DNA of 64,000 nucleotides from Squalus acanthias. Taxonomy: Eukaryota. The notes under the pieces are model-generated. The model was not told where the DNA came from. It was given only the letters and a program-made list of their open reading frames with translations, and made no database searches. The stretch spans positions 13,270,001 through 13,334,000 of the forward strand of contig CM059433.1 of assembly GCA_030390025.1 (NCBI GenBank). The letters are read 5' to 3'. Both the position numbers and the translations under genes were made by a program. Positions 50,014-62,964 of the stretch are shown piece after piece (position 1 is the first letter of the stretch; every line of letters starts with the position of its first letter).

Positions 50014-50466
50014 GAAAGAAAGAACTTACATATATATCGCACCTTTCATGACCTCAGGATGTTCCAAAGCGCTTTACAGCCAATGGTGTACTTTTGAAGT
50101 GTAGCCACTGTTGTAATGTAGGAAACGCGGCAGCTAAAATGCGCACAGCAAGCTCCCACAAACAGCAATGTGATAATGATCAGATAATCTGGTTTTTTTT
50201 TAGTGATGCAGGCTGAGGGCTAAATATTGGCCAGGACACCCGGGAGAACTCCCTACTTTTCTTTGAATAGTGCCATGGTGTCTTTTACAACCACCTAAGA
50301 GAGCAGACGGGGCTTCGGTTTAACATCTCATCCGAAAGACGTCACCTCCGACAATGCAGCACTCCCTCAGTCCTGCACTGGAGTGTCAAGTCTCAGTAAG
50401 TGGGACTGTGAACCCACAACCTTCTGACTCTCGAGACGATCGTGCTATCACTGAGCCACAGCTGAC
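50014..50466 (-). mobile_element. DeuSINE (SacSINE1-like)
   Basis: Colinear with the other copies. Confidence 0.85.
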
Positions 50467-51504
50467 GTAAGGGTATCCAGTAGATTGTATTCTCACTGCA
50501 TAATAATGGAATTTCTCCTCTCCAGTAAGAGAATTAGAAAACACTTTTTAGACAATGTTTATGTAACACATCTTTTAGATTGAAATTACATCCCCCCTTC
50601 TCTCCACATCCACACAATGATAGTCCAGTCGATAGTTGTGGATGTCCTGGGAAGTGGACCCCACAAGTACAGGAAGGAATTTTCCTTTGAAGTTGAGGTT
50701 GAAGTCGGAAGTACATTTTGTATTGCACCTGCCTATTTTGTACCTCGCTGAGATACCATAAGCAGATGCAAAGTGCAAAAATGGTCCACTTCTCATAACT
50801 GTCCTCACAATAGTAATAAGTGCAGTCACCTCTCAGAGAAGCATTGCAAAATTTAATTATTTATTCATCCCTCCCTGGGGTATTAGTCAGACAGGCCTGG
50901 AGACATGGATAGGAAAAGCCTGAAACATTCCAGAGTAGGGCTGGAATGTCAGTTAGGTAAACCTGTAGGATCCATCAGAGGAAGTCTAGAAAGTTGGCCG
51001 GAAGGTTAATATGTCTCTTGGGAAAGCCTGGAGCATAGACTGGAGACATCTGATAGATCAGTTTAGGACCAATTTACTGAACCTTTCCTGGTTCACTAAT
51101 CGCCATTAGTTAGGTAATTGCTAAATAAATAGCACAGAACTGTCAACTTGGCTGAAGAAATGGGTTATTTCAACTTAATTTCTTGCAGAAAATATACAGG
51201 TTTCAGCCATGTATTTTAACAGGAACTCAAACCCTAACCAGAAACAGTTGGAAAGAGGAGGCTACTATACCAATGTGGGCTAGTGTATACTTAGAATATG
51301 GCACAAACATATAAATCTGAATGACAAGACTTCCAAATAGCGGACGGCTGATTTTCCGAGGGGAGCTGCACCTGCTGATGACACATATCTGAAAGCGCAC
51401 TGGCCATTTCCTAATATGAGAGGCCAGTAGGTGAGGCTCTCCGATGCCAGAATGCGCTCCCAATGTGAGTACACAATCTTGTAAATAGTTTGTTTCGGCC
51501 CATA

Positions 51505-51992
51505 CTAAGGGTTTGAGCATATAGTTTAAGCTGACTCTCCAGTGCCGGTCTGAGGGAGTACAGTTCCATGCGTTCAGCACCCTGTAATCCAGCACTGAAA
51601 TAATCGAGTGGGACCCATCCTGCTTTCACGAATGGTGTCCTCGCTCTGAGCCAAGCTTTCTCGTAGCTGGCGTGCCGTTAAACCGAGGCCCCGTCTGTCC
51701 CCTCAGGTGGACCTAAAAGATCCCACGGCACTATTTTGAAAAAGAGCAGGTGAGTTCCCCACAGCATCCTGGCCAATATTTATCCCTCAAACAAGGTCAG
51801 TAAAAAAAAAAAACCCGGATAATCTGGTCAATTATCACATGGTCGTTTGTGGGATCTTGCTGTGCGCAAACTGGCTGCCGCATTTCCTACATTACAACAG
51901 TGACTACACTTCAAAAGTACTTCATCGGCTGTAAAGCGATTTGGAACATCCTGAGGTCATGAAAGGTGCGATTATATGTGAAAGTTCCTTCT
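51505..51992 (+). mobile_element. DeuSINE with an atypical or interrupted 5' half
   Basis: Deu core and tail at 51677-51992. Partial head match at 51510-51560, separated by ~115 bp of unrelated sequence. Confidence 0.7.
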
Positions 51993-52569
51993 TTTTTATT
52001 AGTTCTGAAGGCTGGTGCTCTCACTGTCGGTGGGGAATTATGAATCAATTACGTGGATGAAAATACATTTCACTTTCACTAACTAATTACCATCGGTAAC
52101 CAACAATCAGCAGTGAGCAACATGGGCACACAGCAGGACAGAGCATTTTCATAAAGCACAAGCTCTTTTAATTTTCTTCATTGCTTTAGTATTGTTACTT
52201 TGGCACTACTTAATGCCAGTAGCCTTATTAATATTGGTTAGGGCCCAGTATGACCTGTGAATAATCTTGAAATGTAACATCTGGTTCTTAACTCTCTCCT
52301 CAACATATATATGCCCGCATTTGTTTTTCAGAATGGGATCATCAGTGCTCACATCTTGCTCCTATTCCTATTTGTCTCAGGGCTTGAAAGAAGTCACCCT
52401 TAGTGTAGATGATCAGATACATGTTTAGCCCTCTGGGACCCCCCCCCCCCCCCCCCACGCAGCCTCCGGGAGGAATTGTATGTTTCGGGTAATCTCTAGA
52501 TACCTTTATTCATGTCCTGTTCAAAGGATCATTTCCGTGGGTTTTGTATGTGGTGAAATGTGACATAAT

Positions 52570-52648
52570 GGGCCGTATTTTCCGATCCCTACGGGTGTGT
52601 ACGGGCTGTGTACACACCCGTAGGGACAACGGAAATGCCGATTTCAGG
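52570..52648. mobile_element. MITE terminus with a perfect hairpin
   Basis: Reverse complement of the 30480-30523 end. 16-bp arms at 52587-52602 and 52610-52625. Confidence 0.7.
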
Positions 52649-53193
52649 AATGCAGTTTTGGTCACCTTATCTGAGGAAGGATGTTCTTGCCATGGAGGGA
52701 GTGCAGCGAAGATTCACCAGACTGATACCTGGGATGGCAGGAATGACGTATGAAGAGAGATTGGGTCGATTAGGCTTATATTCGCTAGAGTTTAGAAGAA
52801 TGAGAGGGGATCTCATTGAAACTTATAAAATTCTAACAGGACTAGACAGACTAGATGCAGGAAGGATGTTCCCGATGGCGGGGGAGTCCAGAACCAGGGG
52901 TCACAGTCTAAGGATAAGGGGTAAGCCATTTCGGACTGAGATGAGGAGGAATTTCTTCACCCAGAGAGTGGTGAACCTGTGGAATTCTCTACCACAGAAG
53001 GCAGTTGAGGCCAACTCATTAAATATATTCAAGAAGGAGTTAGATATATTTCTTAAGGCTAAAGGGATCAAGGGATATGGGGAGAAAGCAGGGACAGGGT
53101 ACTGAATTTGGATGATCAGCCATGATCTCATTAAATGGCGAAACAGGCTCGAGGGGCCGAATGGCCTACTCCATTCTTCGATGTTTCTATGTT
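52649..53193 (+). mobile_element. CR1 LINE 3' fragment (young, ORF open)
   Basis: ORF 52608-53105 gives QFWSPYLRKD..LGLYSLEFRRMRGDL..WNSLP. Confidence 0.92.
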
Positions 53194-53624
53194 ACTCATG
53201 GAATCACAGAATCTTAGAGCATAGAGGAGTCCATTGGCTCACAGCACCTGTGTCGGGTCTTTTGAAAGAGCTATCCAATTCGTCCCACTCAGTGTGTGAG
53301 TTAGTAACTTGCATATACAAATCTAAGAGCGCTTCAATTTTTGTGTCCTAGGCAATGGTTAATTTTTCCGATTCTTGTCTGTACTGTGCCTAATTTGGCT
53401 GGATTCTGGGTGTGGAAAGTTCTTTGTGTATAACAAGCTCGCGCAAAGTTAACACTGTCACAAGCAAAGATTATCTGATGGATAATTCACTGGAAGCTGC
53501 TCCGAATTCAGCGTGAAACAGAATTACACTTTGCTCCACTCGGGTTCAGATATCCAAAAGTTTTCTTTTTGGCTCGATCCTCACATTTCTACTTCTGCTG
53601 ATATGTGCAAGTTTACGGAGCAGC

Positions 53625-53827
53625 TGAAACTGTTCCAAAGGCATGGCAATTCACAACTCCTCTGATAATGAAGCAGTCTATGCCCGCATGCAACAAGACC
53701 TGGACGGCGTTCAGGCTTGGGTTGATAAGTGGCAGGTAACATTCGTGCCACAGAAGCGAGAGTCTAGCCACCTCCCCTTGACATTCAATGGCATTACCAT
53801 CGCCGAATCCCCCACCATCAACATCCT
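53625..53827 (+). mobile_element. CR1-like family B RT fragment
   Basis: MQQDLDGVQAWVDKWQVTF..ESPTINIL. Confidence 0.75.
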
Positions 53828-55394
53828 GTGCAGTGCTTGTCAGTGTTTGCAGCACCTCAATGCTGTAGAACACTGACAGCACAACTGTCAAAAGAAAGTT
53901 GACCATGGTCCCTTTAAGAAAACCGGCTGATGATGCGTCATGAAATGGCGTCAACAGACCCGCTTCCTCTAATTGGACCGGGAAACGCGTTGGGTGGGCT
54001 TAACAGGCTCTATCAAGGGAAAATCATTTTAGACAGCGGACTGGAGCCAGCAGCGGGGTTGGGACCCGCCACTGACGTCGCCCACCCCGGACCCGCTGAG
54101 GTGAGCAAAATCCTGACCTTTTACCTTTATGAAACTTCTTCGTTAGATTGTAAATTTTAGCCTGCAAAAAAAATCACAAAAATAGTATTAATGATAAACT
54201 AAACTAAACCGATTAATCATTCTACTTCTGTAAAAAAAAATGTTATCTTTTAGCTTCTGTATAATATAGCTTGCAACTAACTTTAAAAAAAAACCATGAA
54301 ATTCAAGAGATAACAATTTCTCAACATATTAAATGGAAATGGGGCAACCTCTGTGGTCCGGGAACTACAGGGTCAACAAACCTATGGGTGCTTGGAGTTT
54401 GAAACTCAATGCTACCTTACCAATTACTTGTGTCATGAAATGTTACTGAGTGGAGAACCTTAGTGAGAAGGTCACCTCTTACACCCTATTAATTCACAGG
54501 TGAATTATTACCTAAGTGACAATCCTTAATAGCCACTTGAAGCTATAAGCAGGAGTCGTAACTCAAGCCTTTCTCACCTGACCTTAATCTCAGCGGGGTT
54601 ATTCCAGCGTGGATTCACAGACGGGGAAAAGTACGAAGAGAGGAGTTAACTCAAACATGATATAACACAAATTGGATGAAATGGGCATTCGTTAATTAAC
54701 GCATATTGACTAGTTTATGTCACTTTTTCTACGTGCACATCTGTAGAAATTGAGCAACTCTGATCCATACTGGAAGGTATCTTAAATTGTGCCGAATAGA
54801 CCAGCCTTCCTTGCTGACTCCTAGTAGTCATTTTTGCCCTCTTGCTCTGCAATGGCTTTGGCATTCTATTCCTCAACCTCTTTTCAGGATGAAGTTAAAA
54901 AGCATGCAGCAGACAACAATTATTTGTGAGATCGTGGAGAGCGGTACTCCAAGGTGCCCCATTATTGGTTGGTACATCTGAAGTGTTGCTTCAAAATTCC
55001 AATAATATGTTTGATTCTGATTCTGGTTGTTGCGTGAGCTATTTAGTAGCTGTGATCTGCTTCCGTCTGTGTATCATGTATCATATATTTTGCGCTATTG
55101 GTTGCATAGCAGTTGAACATTGATAGAATACAGGGTGATGGGGGTGGGGGGTTTTGGGGGTTAGCACCGCACCACATGTGTGATGGATGAAATATGAGCA
55201 CTGAATCCAATTAGCATTGTAGATAAAATAGTATTAGTTGTAGTTCAGCTATACAGCAACTTCCCTGTCACTACAGGTGAACAATCTTTAGGCACTGCTG
55301 CAATGTTGGTTTCATTTGAGGTTTAGCAACTTAGTGCATGTGTGAGCCTTGGAATAGGGTGTGCTTTCGATTGAAATATCGATTATACTGGCAA

Positions 55395-56790
55395 TAAGAA
55401 CATAAGAATTAGGAGCAGGAATAGGCCATACGGCCCCTCGAGCCTGCTCTGCCATTCAATAAGATCATGGCTGATCTTCGACCTCAGCTCCACTTTCCCG
55501 CCCGATCCCCATATCCCTTGATTCCCCTAAAGTCCCAAAATCTATCTACCTCCGCCTTGAATATACTCAAAGACTGAGCATCCACAGCCTTTTGGGTAGA
55601 GAATTCCAAAGATTCACAACCCTCTGAGTGAAGAAATTCCTCCTCATCTCAGTCTTAAAAGGCTGACCTTTTATCCTGAGACTATGCCCCCTAGTTCTAG
55701 ACTTTCAAGCCAGGGGAAACAATCTCTCAGCATCTATCCTGTCAGTTCCCCTTCAGAATCGTGTATGTTTCAATGAGATCACCTCTCATTCTTCTACATT
55801 CCAGAGAGTATAGGCCCAGTCTACTCAATCTCTCCACATAGGACAACCCTCTCACCCCAAGAATCAATCTAGTGAACCTTAATGGCACCGCCTCCAAAGC
55901 AAGTATATCCTTCCTGAAATAAGGAGAGCAAAACTGTGCACAATACTCCAGTTGTGGTCTCACCAAAGCCCTGTACAATTGTAGCAAGACTTCCTTATTC
56001 TTGTACTGCAACCCCCTTGCAATAAAGGCCAACATGCCATTTGTCTTCCTAATTGCTTGCTGTACCTGCATGCTAACTCTGTGTTTCTTGTACTAGGACA
56101 CCTAAATCTCTCTGAACACCAACATTTAATAGCTTCTCACCATGTAAAAAATATTCTGTGTTCCTATTCTTCCTACCAAAGTGAATAACCTCACATTTCC
56201 CCACATTATACTCCATCTACCACTTTGTTGCCCACTCGCTTAACCTGTCTTTATCCCTTTGCAGGCTCTTTGTGTTTTCCTCACAGCTTACTTTCCCACC
56301 TAGCTTTGTATTGTCAGCAAACTTGGATATATTGCACTCTGTCCCCTTATCTAAGTCACTAATATAGAGTAAACTCTTGTTTAAACGGCACTTCATCATC
56401 CAGAATTCTTTAATAACTGGCAAAATAGATAACCGGTAATCTTGCCGAATCCATCCATTTTTTGTTTTTCCGAGTCCGAGTTTCCCGCGGTGGCCGAGTT
56501 AGTCCGTGATTTTAATTTTTTTTGTGTTAAAAATTGCCTACCTCTCTGTTATCCGGAATTTTTCATCAACTGGCACCATCCCGGTCCCATAGGTGCCGGA
56601 TACGAAAGAGTTTACTGTAGATTGTAAATAGCTGAGGCCCAAGCACTGATCCTTGCGACGCCCCGCTAGTTACAGCCTGCCAAACCTGAAAAGGACCCGT
56701 TTATCCCTACTCTCTGTTTCCTGTCCATTAACCAATCCTCTATCCATGCTAATCGGTTACCCCCAACCCCATGAGCCTTTATCTTGCATA
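55395..56790 (-). mobile_element. CR1 LINE fragment containing a Tc1/pogo-type MITE
   Basis: SKFADNTKLGG, LYRALVRPQLEYC, LGLYSLE, and a (ATAAGAAC) tail. Confidence 0.9.
56367..56617. mobile_element. Tigger/pogo-like MITE
   Basis: TIRs (G)AGTAAACTCTT / AAGAGTTTACTG and TA TSD (56365-56366, 56618-56619). Removing it restores the CR1 sequence AATATAGATTGTAAATAG. Confidence 0.8.
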
Positions 56791-57687
56791 ACTTAATTAC
56801 CTTAACAAGCTTTTGACGTGATGGCACTCACAAGCTACTTCCTCCAAACTGCAGTTTAGTAGCGTGCAAAAGCAATGTGTTTAAAGCAGTTAATGTTAAT
56901 TATTGGGCTGACGGGACTAATTGCAGAACACACTGAGAGAAGGTGCCAACCCACTGTGTCAGAAACACTGTTCCATGGATGTAAACATTGTGCCTTTGAA
57001 CTCTACTGTGATTGGCAGCTGTATTTGATCGTGAAATCCACCCCTTTTGATCTTTGGCGGTTCCAGTTCAGTCTTCAAAGTAACAAAGGTGGGTTATAAT
57101 TAAGCTCTCGTATCAAAGCTTCTTCAGTGAATTTCTGCTTTTACTTCTACAGATGTGCTGGAACACTCGAAGAATATCTGAGTTCATGCATTGGCTTTAC
57201 TTTACAGACATGTGTTCCAAATTATTAAAGTATTCAAATGTTTACTGTTTTGAAATGGATTAAAACTAAGGTTGAGAAATCAAGTATTCTTTCAAAGCAT
57301 TCTAGTGAAATTTGCTGCTAGCTCTTACTTCGGGTTAATTTTACTTCTTCAATAAATAATCCACAGAATCATAGAAAGTTACGGCACAGAAGGAGGCCAT
57401 TCGGCCCATCCTGCCTGTGCCAGATTCATAGTTAATAATCTGAGAAATATGGCGTTGAATTTATCTCTGATTGGTGGGCTGGTGGTGGGGTGGGATGGCC
57501 TCCTCTCCACCCATGTGACTCCCATCTCTAACCTGCTGCTTTGTCCTGGAGTTCCCTTTTATTAATTATGGGGGTGGGTTTGCATGTGATCTCCTGGACT
57601 GGTTTTGATCGCCTGAGGGGTCAGAGAGAACATTTCCAGAGAATTTTTTCCCTTATTGGCCCTGGTTTCTTGCCTCTCCTAGGCCTT

Positions 57688-57792
57688 GATGCGGAGATGC
57701 CGGTGTTGGACTGATGAAGGAGCAGCGCTCCGAAAGCTTGTGATTTCAAATAAAACTGTTGGACTATAACCTGGTGTTGTGCGACTTCTCAC
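57688..57792 (+). mobile_element. Penelope family B terminal fragment with an inverted 5' piece
   Basis: CTGATGAAGGAGCAGCGCTCCGAAAGCTTGTGA..GACTTCTCAC, preceded by the inverted element end. Hammerhead stem I is lost at the junction. Confidence 0.8.
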
Positions 57793-57807
57793 TTTTCTCC
57801 TTGGCCT

Positions 57808-58378
57808 GTAGAAAACACTAGTTAGGCCGCAGCTAGAGTATTGCGTACAGTTCTGGTCACCACATTACAGGAAAGATGTGATTGCACGAGAGAGGGAACA
57901 GAGGAGATTTACGGGAATGTTGCCAGGACTGGAGAATTTTAGCTACGAGGAAAGATTGAATAGGCTGGGGTTGTTTTCTTTGGAACAGAGGAGGCTGAGG
58001 GGAGACTTAATTGAGGTGTATAAAATTATGAGGGGCCTAGAAAGAGTGGATAGGAAGGATCTATTTCCCTTAGCAGAAGGGTCAATAACCAGGAGGCAGA
58101 GATTTAACGTAATTGGTTGAAGATTAGAGGGGAGTTGAGAGAATTCTTTTCACCCAGAGGGTGGTGGGGATCTGGAACTCACTGCCTGAAAGGGTGGTAG
58201 AGGCAGAAACCCTCATCACATTTAAAAAGTACTTGGATATGCACTTGAAGTGCTGTAACCTACAGGGCTACGGACCAAGAGCTGGAAAGTGGGATTAGGC
58301 TGGGTAGCTCTTTTTTTGACTGTCACAGACTCGATGGGCCGAATGGCGGCCTCCTGTGCCGTAAATTTCTATGATTCT
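57808..58378 (+). mobile_element. CR1 LINE 3' fragment
   Basis: LVRPQLEYCVQFWSPHYRKD..LGLFSLEQRRLRGDL, with tail TTCTATGATTCT. Confidence 0.9.
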
Positions 58379-58754
58379 AGGAGATTATATGGCTGCGGGG
58401 GTTGGGGGGTGAGGGGAGGTGGGGGTGGGGAAGAAGTGTTTAGTCATGATGGTCCAGACATCACAGTGTGGGGCAGGCTTGATGGATCAGCTGAGCTTTA
58501 CCTGCCCATCAATTTCGTATGTTTGTGAAGCCACTGGTCATTGGCTTACCACCACTGAGTGGGAGGGAAGGAAATCAACTTATTTAAGGGGCCAGATAAT
58601 TTTCGTGAACTCTGGAACTACAATTACAGGAAGTGAAAGACTGCAAGAATGACTGAAGGAGGAGCAGCTTCTGGGTGGGGGCAGGGGGGAGGGGTCAGGA
58701 GCAGGAAGATACATCTGTGAATGTTCTACTTGCCCAAAATGAGGGCCAACAGGG

Positions 58755-58935
58755 ATGAACTCCCGGACACTGAGAAGAGGAATGCCCCGTAACAGAGTGG
58801 TGCAAACAATAAAGAGGGAGAGGCAGTCAATGGCACAGAGGAGTAGTCGAACACTTCAAGCTGCACAACTCCACCGCTCACAAACTGCCCCACAGTGCAG
58901 AAAAAGGTTTAATGACCTCACACGGTTGGGCAAGG
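58755..58935 (+). pseudogene. Harbinger Myb/SANT-like accessory ORF remnant
   Basis: RSQTAPQCRKRFNDLTRLGK followed by donor AAG|gtaggt. Confidence 0.6.
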
Positions 58936-59439
58936 TAGGTGACAGCAGTATTCCCCATGCACATCCTGATTGAGGGATGACTCTTCACCCTTACCTCTCA
59001 TGTCCTCACTGTGTCATTAACTGGGTGACAGGAAAAACTATTGCAAACAACTTCTGGAACCAATAATGCACGTTGTTAACTCCATACCATTGTCTAACTC
59101 CTATTATCTGCCTCAAGGAGGTTGTTCTAGTCTTGAAGGAGAGGGGTTTAAAGGGAGCCTGCGCCTGCAAACTTTATAATTATAAGATGAATGCAGTGAA
59201 GTGAAGTGTACTTGGCAATCAAGTTCCTTCAACACTGCGTTCTGCCCTTGCAAAGGGGAGTGTTGCACAGAACCAATAACAATGTAATACAACCGGAGGA
59301 GCAGTGTCCTGTTTCTGAAGTTTGAGTGCACACGAGGAGGAAGCTTTGCTACTCATTGGGAGGAAAACAGGAGAGGTTGGAGAGACAGGGAAGTAGGAGG
59401 TGAATTGCCCAGAAAAAGTTGGTAAAAGTAGGACAAGGA

Positions 59440-60090
59440 AAAGCCCTGATTGTAAGGGATATCCCTGATCACCAATCAATCATCCTAATACCTGGTTCTG
59501 AATCATCGCGGCTTGCATGGTGGATTGTTCCCCAATAAAAGTGTCATGACAGCTTCCTGGATAGCGGGCATTAATGTGCAAGATAAGGTGATTGATACCA
59601 CACACTAGCTGGGTGTTGATGGACTGAAACTCCTTCCTATTAATCAAATAGGGGAGGCTATCATATGTGGCTTTAAGGCCAGATGTCTTCTGTCAATTGT
59701 TCTCTGGACCTATGGGAACCATGCCCATCTATTGAATTGGAGCACTCACTCTCATTGTTTTGCAGGTTGCATTACGAAGGTAATGAAATACAAATCATGT
59801 CAGAAGACAGCATCAGTCATGTCTTTATACAATGGTCAGCTGCTGCCTCACTAATATAGCAAATGTCACCCAAGGCTGCCTGGAACGATCCAATGGAAAA
59901 AAACATTAATGCACTAGTCACTAGCGCTGCTAGAGATAATGCTGGTCTCCTGGTAGAAACGAGCTGCAGGCTTTCAGCCAGCATAACTTCCCAACAACCT
60001 CCAGAAGTAAGTGCATCCTTCTGAGGCACCGATGGGCAGAGAAATCCAAGTAAAACATTCTAGGTCTGTAAACCCTGTGGAGCAGTTGTT
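59440..60090 (-). pseudogene. Harbinger (HARBI1-like) DDE transposase remnant
   Basis: Motifs in order across frames: RVYRPR, VTSALMFFSIGSFQAALGDIC, FP*VQRTIDRRHLAL, NRKEFQSINTQLVC, ARYPGSCHDTFI, IGDQGYPL. Confidence 0.85.
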
Positions 60091-62964
60091 GACGTTTTGG
60101 AAACACATCTTCTGTGATGCCTTAATCTAAGTTCCTCCAGTCTATCCGATTACATTTCCTCAGGTTTGTCCTCTTCATAACATTGGAAGAGAGTGATTCC
60201 CATTGGGGAAATTCATCTCCCCACTCGAAAATATAAACTTTTCCAGTACTCATGGTAAATGGCAGGAGAGCTGTTTTGTGAAGTTTCAGAACTCAAAGCC
60301 AGAAAAAAGACTGCTGTCCTGGGAGATTGTTAGAAAACTGCAGTAACTTTACCAAAGATGGCCTCATCTATACATCATCTGCCTCAGGGATATTACTATG
60401 CTGTTTGTACCGTCACTTATATAGTGATGGTGTTTGCCATGGTCGGGTTAGGGGTGCTAATAGGAGGTTATTTGCCGGGAAAGCTTGGGCATGTTCAGCC
60501 ATCCATTTACATTCAGTGGAATAGGTTCAGGGACGATAGGTAATGTTGCTGGTGAGGTTTTAAGAGGAACATTCTGTTGGCCATTTACTGGGGCAGATTT
60601 GCCCCATTTACTCTTTTTAACCATTATTTCATTAACCATAAATTCAGGCCATTGTCTGTCATTTGGAGAGCCCAAGAGAGTAGGCCATAGCTCATATTGT
60701 TTCCAGTGAGGTTATCAGCACCATTAGGTACACTATATTATCAATTACTTTGCACATAAGGACATGCTGGCTTCCTTATGGGAACAAACTGAACACAGGG
60801 AGAAGCATCTGGTGAAAGCCGGAATAGTAAAACTCCTGATATTACTGCTCTCTAACACATCAATGGTGCCAATTATTCTTTTAAGAAATTCAGCATAAAA
60901 GAGATGAGTTGCAAACTAATTCAGTTGGACTGTTTTTTTGTTTTCATTGTCTGGTTACAAGAAGCCCAGATTTCTTTTATTTTCTAACAAACATTAAAGC
61001 ACAGACCACTTGAAACAAATAGTTTTGCTTTGGGTTAATCTGCTGGAGTATCAACATGTCCTACTATCGTGGTTAGAACTCTGGAGTAAATTAATTTCGT
61101 ATCTTCTGTGGTGGAAATGCAAAACCAGTGAATTTGCTAGTAGCAGTATCGGTTGCAAGATCCTCTCTGCAATCTTTAGTTCAGTCATTTCTCCCTTCCT
61201 TCAGATCCCCTCGCTCGATGAGAATGAGCAGATAATTCCTGACTGCTGTGGCCCAGGTTGACTTGTCCTCCTCTTCCTCCTTCTGTCTGGGGAAATCTTT
61301 TCCTTCAACATGTTGCCCAGATGGCCTGAGTGAGTTTGGAAACTTGCTGTTCTGAGACATCTGTGCAAGGACAAACCAAACCCTCATCCTAGCAGTGCAT
61401 TAGTACACTACCTAATACATCAATGGTCATCTTACCCAATGCATTTTTATATATGGAAAAGACATTTTAATGTGATCATTACAGCAGTCTCCAGATGTGA
61501 CATTTGTAATTCGTATAATTACTTTAACATCAATTTGGAGCCCGGATTGAAGATAACACAAACCCTGACATTTGAGGCACACACACACACACTACATCCT
61601 CAGGAGAATCTGGATACAAATAATTGATCTGGGGCTGTTTGGGAACGGAAAATAAACTCCAGACTGGACATGACATCATCTCGAGCTGGAGAACTACAAT
61701 ACCACATTGGGTTTTCCATATGCACCAGTTTTAGCCACACAATTGAAACTCCTTAGTGGAAAATTGTCCCAGCTGGAGTTCATCTTCCTTCCTCGGATTA
61801 TATGAGAAGGTAAAATTAATTTTTATCGTGAACCTTTTATAAGTACAATGCTAACATTCCTGTGAGGGTTCCTGGTTTTAACCTTGCCAGGACAGCTGGA
61901 GGAGGACTTTTGTCTCCAGAGATACTACAACCAGTGCCTCAATGACCTGCAGCTGCTGCAATACAACATAATGTATACAGGCAGGCAGATGGCTGAAAGG
62001 AGTTGCAAGACTATAATTCAGTTCACATGATATCATAAACTATCAGAGCAACAGTTAAGCGATTTACAAACATCAGCTGAACATATGAGACTCAACTTTC
62101 CCCCCTCCCCCCCACCCCAATGCAGTGGTAGCTATTTGTTGTGAACTGATTTTTCCTCACATTTGCTTTCCACTTTCCTTACCGTCAAGCATCACGCGCA
62201 ATATTGGCAGTGTGACAATACCTGAAAATCTGTCTCTTACCCCTTAATTAAATGCACCATGGCAAGCTAAAAGGGGGCTCGGGAAACAGGATACTACCTG
62301 AAGTTTGCTTCCGGGAAAATTGCATCTACAATACAAATATAGGGCAATTGTATGCTTTTCTGCCATGCCACATTAATAGTATTTAATTAAATAATATTTA
62401 TTACCCTTTTTCTGCACGTAGTAATACCTGCAGGGGATAAATTATGTGGCCTGTAAAACTCAGGATATCAATCAACATTGACTATTGTTTATCAAAACCA
62501 AATGTCTGTTTAGTAATATTTCTGAGAATAACGTTTCAGGAAATTATGTTAAATTGCCCACTCCTTACTTATCATTCAACTGGACTCATTTAGGCCATTA
62601 CACTGGTGCACATAACAGTACACATTACTGTTGACGATATTACCATATGAATGAACATACGATTGTATCAAGTTCCTATCACCATTATTTTAACCAAGAT
62701 ATTAACATATTTATTTTAAGCAGGTTATCAACTCCATTAAAATAATGGAGAGAAGAATTTGATGGAGGCGCATAATGCTTTTGTATAATATAATGAACAG
62801 TAAATTCATGCTTGTAGCATTTAACATGTTCTTAATTGCAAACGATTAACTTAAGTATTTATCACTTTCTGATTACAGACGAGCTCAAATTTGGATGGAA
62901 GCACAATTTTCCTGGGAGACTAGCGGAATTGGAGCTTAGTTTTGCACAGACCAGCTAAGTCATA

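Noticed and set aside
50575..50829. Cys-containing minus-strand ORFs
   Set aside because: No EGF/CCP cysteine spacing and weak splice signals.
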